A stretch of 64,000 nucleotides of DNA. Origin: Blastocladiella emersonii ATCC 22665. Its lineage: Eukaryota; Fungi; Blastocladiomycota. Numbering within the stretch: the first letter of the stretch is position 1; each line of letters starts with the position of its first letter. Below the pieces are notes generated by a model. That model did not search any database and had not been told where the DNA came from. It saw nothing but the letters and a program-made list of their open reading frames with translations. Of this stretch, positions 56,370 through 64,000 are shown piece after piece. The stretch is from NCBI GenBank assembly GCA_025594325.1, contig JANHCV010000012.1, forward strand, positions 1,116,001 through 1,180,000. Direction: 5' to 3'. Both the position numbers and the translations under genes were made by a program.

Positions 56370-56917
56370 TGATGGCGCACGAGCCCAACCGTGGAGCTGT
56401 TTTTTTGGTGATCAGAAACAAGTTGTCGCTCTGGCAAAGTCGGGTGAAAGTCGCATGGAGTCGCTGGGCGTCGCACGGGTACAAGCTGTAAGCAAGGATC
56501 TCGTGAGCCGAGCCAGTGAGGCCCAGGGTGAGGCCCGCTGCGCGGCTGCGGCAGAGTTAACGGTCAAGTACCGCGCGATAAAACGGATCGCGTTTCCTTG
56601 AACCGAGATCATGATCGAGAGAGCCGGAGCGGCTGTCCATAAGGCGAGAAGCAAGATAGCGCGCAAGCGGGCTCATTGGAAAGCACTTTGACTGCCGCGC
56701 TTCGCCCAGAGCGGGCTGAGCACCGCGCAAAGCACTAACTCACGCCCGAGTCCGCCGTAAAGGAGTCAACAAGGAGCGTTGCACAAGCGACCTGAAGGCC
56801 GGGCGAGTTCATGGCCGCCGTCGCGAGCTCAAATGTCGCGGTAACAAGCCACGACCCCGGGCGCTCGAGAGCTAGGGCATGCTCACGGACGTGGCGATGC
56901 AATGCATCAAGTTCCAT
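56370..56917 (-). pseudogene. 5' remnant of a type A F-box-like gene
   Basis: MELDALHRHVREHAL...TATFELATAAMNSPGLQVA, then RKRDPFYRAVLDR* and HEILAYSLYPCDAQRLHATFTRL, aligning with A1 (GKRDPFHGPVLDR; LELIIHFIVTDDRDRFATVLNRV), with stops and frameshifts. Confidence 0.65.
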
Positions 56918-57299
56918 GATGTTCAACATCGTGCATGGGGCTACATGGGGTTCGTTCGGGAGAAGGAGAGCTCGCGCTGAAGCTCACCTTGCGCCTTGAG
57001 TCGCGTGAGCCAGCGCGTGAGGCGGCCGACCCGGCGAACATCGCGCCGACTCTCTCTCTGCAGTAAACCTCATGAATCGCGACCCTGAGGTAAATGGACT
57101 TGATGCAATCGCTTTATGTGCCCCCGAGTTTGGTCATCGAGCGCAGTGTTACGCCCGCGAGCGAGGTCGTGACGACGAGTTCCCTTCAGCGCGCCGGGAG
57201 TCAGCGCGCAGGCGGGCTTACCAGCGAGAACCTTGACCGCTGTGCTCTGTCCGGCTCGGATTAAGCATCGTTATATGGCTCACGGGAGTCAACCGATTG

Positions 57300-57439
57300 C
57301 TTCGCCCAAGCAACGGGGGGCTAGTTCGTGGCTGTCTTCGCGTGCTCTCGCTTGCCACGGCAACACGGCACGATCCTGAGTGCTCGACGCGAGCGAGGAC
57401 GTGTTTGAGCACGTCGCGAGGCAATGGATTAAGTTTCTC
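57300..57439 (-). pseudogene. Short F-box-like N-terminal remnant
   Basis: EKLNPLPRDVLKHVLARVEH resembles MKLDALPLELLEQVLACVKR at both DNA and protein level; the ATG is lost. Confidence 0.45.
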
Positions 57440-57960
57440 GGAGTTGAAAGAATTCGCTTGGGTTGGCGCGCTCGCTCTGCTGGCTCCCGCCGCGCAGGCG
57501 GCCGACCTCAATCAGTACCGGTTGCTCACGGAAACCGGCTCGCCTCGTATGCCGACGGCGGCGACTTCTCCACTGCGGACCCAAAACCCGTCCTGCCCAA
57601 GGTTAACAACACAGCGTCCAACGACACGGTCCGCGCCTCCGCTTCGGCGTCGCTCGTCGTCGCGCCGGTCTGCCAACGCCGACGAGTGGAACCCGCGCCC
57701 GCGCCCGCCGTCCGCCGTCCCGGTCCCGCACCTGCGCCGCCGCTCGGTCCTTGTGAGGGTCAGGTCCCAGGGGTGGTTGGACGGGGGAGTATTACGGTGG
57801 GGTAATAATTGATCTTGTTCCGCGAGGAGCGAGGACCGGGCGGACCGCTCCTCCGGGTGAAATACCAAACACAAACACACGTGTCCGAGACAGGAAACCG
57901 GGGGCGCCACTCGCGCCACGGTCCGCGTGGCCGCGTCGCGCCACACTGTCACGCTGCGCC

Positions 57961-58640
57961 GTGACAGTCCTCGACGAGAGCGACGCCGATGTCGCGTCGC
58001 TGACGGTCCGGTACCTGCCCGACCCGACGGTGGGGTCGGGGGCCGCGTCGCCGTCACTCCCGCGGTCGGCGACCGCTGCAACGACCGGGTCGACGACGGC
58101 ACCGTCGCTTCCGCGCTCTCCAACATCCGTCGCGAAGGCTGGATCTACGACCACGGCGTCGTTTTCACGCTTGCCGCGGGCTCAACGATGGCTCCCTCCC
58201 TCCCGCGCTCGCCGACCTCCGTCGGGACCGCAGGTTCCGCGACACCGCCGTCGCGCACCGACTCGCTCGACCTCTCCCACACCTCCTCCGTCACCTCCAG
58301 CATCTCCCCCACCGCCTCCGCCCTCGCCTCGCTCCGCCGCCGCGAACACCGTCTCACGACGACCGTGTGTGATCTCTGCGCGCCTCGACGACGAGCGTGC
58401 CGTGACCGCGCAGGTGCGCCAGCACGCCGAGCGGCTCGGCTGCCGCCTCGAGACGGAGCGCGGCGCGCGCGCGCGGTTGCGAAAGCGCGAGTGGCGACGA
58501 TCGAGATGGAGCGCAGCGCGCGCGCCATCGCGGACGCGCGAGTGACAATGCTCGAGCGCAAGCGCGGGCGCGTCAGGAAGCGGAGCGAGGCTGGGAACGC
58601 AAGCGCGGGCGCCGTGGAGAGCAAAGCGAGGCCGTCCTGA
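57961..58640 (+). pseudogene. Multiply frameshifted Ser/Thr/Pro-rich repeat plus coiled-coil coding relic
   Basis: Three imperfect (GST)xAPSLPRSPTS repeats and heptad-like LDDERAVTAQVRQHAERL...ERSARAIADARVTMLERK pieces spread over alternating frames. Confidence 0.35.
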
Positions 58641-58964
58641 GCTCAAGGGCGCCACGGCGCGGATCAGGGCCATGGTGCACGAGGACGCGGATGAGGAGCG
58701 GGAGCGTGTACGGGCGAAAGGATTGAAGATGGCGGTGGAAGCGGGTACCGGTCCGTCACCGAGGAGGTGGCCGCGGCGTGGCGGCAGGCGGCCGCGGCGC
58801 AGGCCGCGGCGTCTGAGGAGCTCGGCGCTGGCGTTCACTCATTCTCTCTATCGGCGTGATGTGATTCGAATGGAATAAACCGTATACACTTGCTGCAATG
58901 GGACACAAACAGACACAAGGGGAGGAAATTGGGCAGCAGAGGTCAAAATCGATGAGCGGGTGGA

Positions 58965-59503
58965 TCAGAGGGTCGGCGTCGCGGCAGCGGCAGCGGCCGG
59001 CTTGGTCGAAGCCGCCTTGATCACCGCGGGCTTGGTCGCCGCCGCATTGGTGGCACGACCAGCACTGCCCTTGAGCGCAATCTTGCGGGTCGGGGTACGG
59101 GTGCGGTTCGTGCCGGCCGACTCGGGCCCGCTGCTGTCGCCAAACGGGGAGCACACGCAGTAGCACAGCGGCTCCTGCTCGGGCTCCCAGTCGTGGGGCT
59201 CCTGGTCCGGGTGGATGTTGGTCACGCAGACAAGCGACCCGTCAGGCCCGTTCGGGTGCCCGCACAAATAGGTGATGCCGTTGTACCAGAACGGCTTCCA
59301 CTTCTCACGGTAGTTGCAGTGGATGTTGCACATCTCGCCCGGCGGTTGCTGTACACGGCAGTCGCGCTGCATGTCGACGCGGCCGTTGGTGCGGCCAAGG
59401 TCCATGAAGTAAAAGTCCTGCGCGGAGGCCCAGATGGAGTTGGTGCATTTCCAGAGTTGCTGTTGATGCCGACAGAAGGAGGCGGGAGACAAGTAGTCAG
59501 GGA
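58965..59503 (-). pseudogene. 3' portion of a Cys-rich (probably secreted) protein gene cut by the retrotransposon LTR
   Basis: PDYLSPASFCRHQQQLWKC...CNIHC...CYCVC plus an Ala/Thr/Lys-rich tail. The frame has no ATG and starts at the LTR edge. Confidence 0.5.
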
Positions 59504-59676
59504 TGTCTATTCCTGCCTTCGGCCCCGAACCCAAGACGGGGAGAGGGGAGAATGGATAACAAAGCAGGGCGCGCCGCAGCGGGGTGCGGCGGCGCGGGAG
59601 CGAGGGATTGCGGGCGGCTCACGCGAGATCAGATGATTGATCACCGCGGTTGTGGCCACATGAACGACACGCAACA
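59504..59676 (-). repeat. Putative 3' LTR (about 173 bp, TGT...ACA) preceded by a polypurine tract
   Basis: On the minus strand GGGGGGAGGTGA (59688-59677, including the pol stop) is immediately followed by TGTTGCG. The end at ...AGACA (59504) is inferred from the termini and the resumption of host coding sequence; the 5' LTR is not available for confirmation. Confidence 0.55.
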
Positions 59677-62521
59677 TCACCTCCCCCCAGACCGTGACCT
59701 GAGCGACTTGACGAACCCTTGGTACACCGCGTTCTTGAGCTGGCGACCGGACCGGCTGCGCGTGATGGATGACGGCGGGTCGGGCGAGGGTGAGCACGCG
59801 CGCTTTGGGTTGGCGCGGGCGGGCGATGAGGCGGCCGAGGACTGCGTGACCGAGAACTGCGACTTGTCGGCCGAGACTTGGCGAGGAGCAGGATCTTGGT
59901 GTGGAGCGGGCGCAGGGGAAGACGCGGCGACCTTGGAGGCGAGACGCTGCAGCGAACGCTGGCGCTCGAGCCGGGTGTCGGCCGAGATCTTCTTGTGGTA
60001 GTTGTTGATGGCGCCGGCGGTGTCGAAGCTGCTGGCGGGGATCCACGAGTTCTTGGCGGAGCGATCGGACCAGCGGACCAGGTACTTGCGCTCGCCATTC
60101 GCGCCGTTGCAATGACGGAGGATGTCGCGCACGGTGTCCGATTCGCCCAAAGGCGCCGACTTGGGCTGGATGAGGCGCAGGTGGTGCGCGGGGATTTTCT
60201 CGACGAGTGCGCCAGTGGCGTCACGGAGCACGTACGCGCTGCCACGGTTGCAGCGGACCGCCGTGTACGGGCCCTCGTAGCGTGGGTCGAGGCGGGAGGC
60301 GCGGTTGGTGGTCATGCGCATGACGATGGCGCCCGCGGGGAAGTCGGTGGCAATGATCTTGCAGTGCTGATCGGCGCGCGCCTGCACAACAGCGTTGCGG
60401 TCGGCGGTGCGCTGCGCAATGGCGGGGTAGATGGACACGGTCATGAGCTTGAGGCGAGCGAGCTGCTCCTGCTCAGTCATGTCGCGGAGGGGCGGCTGCG
60501 CGCAATAGTCGCAGAGCGCATTGGCGGGACGCGCGAACATGAGCGAGAAGGGCGTTGAGCCGTGGCGCGCGTGCGCGCGCGTGTTGTAGGCGTACTGGAT
60601 GGCCGGGACCATGGCGGGCCAGCGGTTGAGCTGCCCGTTGAGCGAGGGGAGCAGCATCTCCTTGACCGAGCGAACGAGACGCTCCGAGGCGCCGTTGGCC
60701 TGCGGGTGGTACGACGACACGAGGCGGCAGTCAATGCCGGCCATGTCGGCGAGCGAGGCGATGATCTGGTTGGCGAACTCGGGGCCGTTGTCGGACTGGA
60801 TGATGCGCGGGAAACCGAACTGGAAGCACGTGGCCAGGAAGCAGGTGGCGACCTCGCCGGCAGACGTGGAGCGGATTGGGTGGAGCCACACGAACCGGGT
60901 GCAGATGTCGATGATCACAAGCACGTGCGTGTATCCGTCGGGCGAGATGGGCAGCTGCATGCAGTCCATGGACAGGTGGTCGAGCGGCAGCAGCGCCTCA
61001 ATCAAGCGCATTGGGTGGAAACCCTGCCGCGTGGCTGAGAACCGCGCGCACGGGATGCAACTGGCAATGACGCGCTGGCAGTTGGCAAGCATGCCGGGCC
61101 ATTTGTGGCCGAGGACGACGTGCTGCTGCTGTGTGGCCGCGGGACCCAAGTGGCCCCAGTCGTGCACGTCGCGGATGATCTGGTCGCGCTGGTCACGCGG
61201 AACGGGCGCCATGTCGAGGCGTTGCGCGGGCGGGACGGTGCCGATGGGCGAGAACTTGGGCCGCGGCGCGCTACCCTTGGAGGCGGGTGCGACGGTGACG
61301 ACGCAGGCGTGCACAGTGGGCGCGGGTGTTGAAGAAGAGCTGCCCCCATGGGTGGGTGCGGCAGCGAAAGCGCGGGCCTGCTCTGCGGGCGGGAGCAAGG
61401 CCGGCACAAGGAAGAAGTGTTGAGCACGATTCTCCGCAAGGGAGAGATCGTGCGTCATGAGCTGCTTGAGCTCGCCGTCGCCGAGGGCACACTTGGGGAG
61501 AGACGGCGCGGGAGAGGATCCGGAGGGACCCCCCCCACCAGCGGGCGCCCACGGGGGGAACGTGATACAGGACGACAGCTGGCGCGGTTGATGGCGACGA
61601 GATGGGCACAGGCGTTGGTATTATACAGGCGCGACAGGATGTTGGGCAGCACGTTCAGGACGCCGGGGAGGTGCGTCACCAAGAACAAGAGGGAGAGCAG
61701 CGTGTCAAGCCAGTTTTTGAGGATGGGCGACAGGCGCTTCTGCGTGAACATGTGGGTGAGCGCCGCGTGGTCCGTGAACAACGCGAAACGGCGGCCGTGG
61801 AGGTAGTAGAAGAAGCGAGTGAGCGCGAAGACGATGCCAAGGAGCTTGCGCTTGGTGGCCGAGTAGTTCTGCTTGGCGGGCTGCAGAGAGCGAGAGGCAA
61901 ACGAGATGTAGCGCGGGGACTTGCGGCTACCCTGGAACAGGACGGCGCCGAGACCGACGTTCGAGGCGTTGGTAGCGACGAAGAACGGCTTGGAGAAATC
62001 AGGCGGCGCGAGACACGGGGCGGCGGAGGCGGCGACGGCGGCCTTTACGGCGAGGAACGCCTGCTTGCACTCGTTGGTCCACACGTTGCGGACGTCGAGG
62101 TCAATGCGCTTGAGGTTGCGCAGCGCGTCAAGCGGGTGCATGAGGACCGCGGCGAGCGGGATGTAGGCGCGCAGGTAGTTGACAAGGCTGAGGAACTTCT
62201 GGACCTGGTTGCCGGACGTTGGACGCGGCCAGTCGCGGATCGAGACGACCTTGGCCTCGGCGGGCTGCACGCCCTCGGCCGAGACGACGTGGCCGAGCAG
62301 GTGCACGCGTGCGCAGTAGAAGAAGCACTTGGCGGGGTTGAGGCGGGGGTTCCACCGCGTGAGACGGTAGACGACAAGGACGAGGTGCTGCGTGTGCTCC
62401 TTGACTGAGGCCAAGAAGATGACGAGATTGTCAATGAAGACGCGCACGAATGGCATGTCGTGGAAGATGTTGGACATGACAGCCTGGAACTGCGCCGAGA
62501 GGGTCTTGATGCCAAACGGGC

Positions 62522-62838
62522 CGCGCGAAGACGACATCGGGCTGGATAGAGCTGGAATGATGTTGTCAAGGAACAGGTCTGCACGCACGGTCAGGAACGC
62601 CGGGTAGCACTGAGAAGGCTCGCCGCGAACGGGCGTGCGGTTCGCCGCAGCCAAACAAGCGCGCGAAGACGACATCGGGCTGGATAGAGCCGGAATGATG
62701 TCGTCGAGGAACAGGTCTGCACGCACAGTCAGGAACGCCGGGTAGCACCGAGAAGGCTCGCTGCGAACGGGCGTGCGGTTCGCTGCAGCCAAACAAGCGC
62801 GCAAAGACGACATCGGGCTGGATAGAGCCGGAATGATG
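62522..62838. repeat. 138-bp tandem repeat (about 2.3 copies) inside the retroelement pol region
   Basis: Unit starts CGCGC(G/A)AAGACGACATCGGG at 62522, 62660 and 62798, with near-identical copies. Confidence 0.9.
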
Positions 62839-64000
62839 AGGTCAGAGATATTATTATTGTGAGCGACAAGCGCCACGTACAGGTCGCAGATGGACGCGCG
62901 TGCCCAGGTCACAAAAATGCGGGCGTGCCCAGCCAGTTGGGGTCGACCGCACTGGCGCCGTCGTGCTCACGGCGCGCACCAGAGCGGGCGGGGGTGGCGA
63001 AATGCGCGACGGGACCAAGGCGGCCGCAAAGGGGATCGTCGTGGGTGACGGTGGCGGCGCGGGCCGAGGTGGGGCCGAGGCGGGAGCCAACGATGATGTG
63101 GTAGAACTTGTTGAGCAGGTGCGCGAACAGGCTGGTGGCGGACGCCGGCAGGAGGGCGAGGACACGGAGGTGGTGGGCGAGCAGGGGCTGGGAGCGGGGA
63201 ATGCAGTCGACCGCGCGGGCAGGCGAGGAGACGAACTTGGAGCGGGAGCGCTCGAGGTCATCCGCCAAACTTGGTCTCGAGACCCGCGGGCCAGATGGGC
63301 GCCATGGCCGCGTGGTAGTTGCGCGGGGCGCGCTTGCGCACAGTGGAGCGGGAGCGCGAGCGGGACCGGGGACGCGAGCGGGACCGGGAACGCGAGCGCT
63401 GACGCTTGTCGCTGCCGCCACGATCACGATCGTGGCGGTCGTTGGGCACGGCGAGAAGCGCGCGTGGGGCGTCGCGGGACGCGCAGTTGTCTCGGCTGGC
63501 CTTGCCCTTGTCGTAGTGGCCGTTCTTGTCGTGGGCGCTGCCGCCGCGGTGGTTGTTGTAGTTGTAGTTGTTCTTGTTCTTGTCCTTGTCCTTGTTGCCC
63601 GACTTGGTGCGCGCGGCCGGCACGGCGGACGAGGCGTCGCCAGCGTCGCCGGTGGGCGCCTTGCTGCGCGAGGCGATCTGGACGTAGCCGTGGGGGCCAA
63701 TGAGGTCAACGAGCGTGAGCGGGGTGCGCTTGGAGGTGGCGGTGCCGAGCGTGTGGCAGAGGGCGTTGTAGACGTCGTCCTCAATGCCCTTGACTGAGTT
63801 GAGGAACGAGGAGAGGAGCGCGGGAGGCAGGTGGCCAGTGGCCGGTGGGATCCAGGCAACCCCCCTCGCAGAGACGCCGGACAAACACAACGCGGTGGCG
63901 CTAGAGGGTGAGGCCCGGAGTGGCGGGGAATGAGAGGTCGAGGTAGTGGAGGATGGCGGCGCGCTCCATGTGGTCAAAGAAGTGGGCGATCAGCTGGTGC

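Larger units (their letters stand above)
59504..64000 (-). mobile_element. Degenerate Ty3/gypsy chromovirus LTR retrotransposon (5' end outside window)
   Basis: Gag-like region (about 63977-63250); partial RT (PFGIK..SAQFQ..M; FIDN in place of YxDD); RNase H (TNASNVGLGAVL...YSATKRKLL); integrase (HDWGH...CIPC, LSMDC, SDNGPEF, GASER, YEGPY); chromodomain (YLVRWSD...NSWIP). Frameshifts and stops present. Confidence 0.92.

Noticed and set aside
56412-56666. ORF with a signal-peptide-like start (MRAILLLALW...)
   Set aside because: It starts at TTG and is a shifted frame of the type A F-box pseudogene remnant.
58756-59166. Cys-rich ORF (QDCAQGQCWSCHQC...)
   Set aside because: Alternative frame of the Ala/Thr/Lys-rich tail of the 58965 gene, with no independent start context.
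63250-63420. Gag CCHC zinc knuckle
   Set aside because: No Cx2Cx4Hx4C pattern is recoverable in any frame; the region is too degenerate.
1-64000. CRISPR arrays, rRNA, tRNA or spliceosomal snRNA genes (the last prompted by TGS1)
   Set aside because: No regularly spaced repeat-spacer array and no U1/U2/U6 signature sequences or tRNA/rRNA-like segments were seen by eye; a covariance-model search was not possible.

Overview
This is GC-rich eukaryotic DNA with short (about 55-80 nt) GT-AG introns. Gene content and style suggest an early-diverging zoosporic fungus, most likely Blastocladiomycota (inference, not verified). The ORF track ignores introns and uses alternative starts, so I rebuilt the gene models by hand. 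A few conserved genes are present: a CLA4-type PAK kinase, TGS1, a MED9-like Mediator subunit, an RNF216-like RBR E3 ligase, an SSH4-like SPRY gene, a class C GPCR-like receptor and a DUF4470-type gene. These sit among rapidly turning-over paralog families: (i) an F-box-like superfamily (types A, B, C; about 10 copies or remnants sharing a phase-1 intron); (ii) two unrelated triplets of orphan 7TM receptors, one with a conserved SIM-like tail motif; (iii) three 3-exon genes fusing a coiled-coil/helical domain to a SUMO-like domain, two ending in Gly-Gly plus an extension. The window also holds an intronless gene with tandem HNH-like and NUMOD1-like domains of possible viral origin, several recurrent promoter motifs, many pseudogenes, and a dead Ty3/gypsy chromovirus at the right end. 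I found no rRNA, tRNA or CRISPR array.
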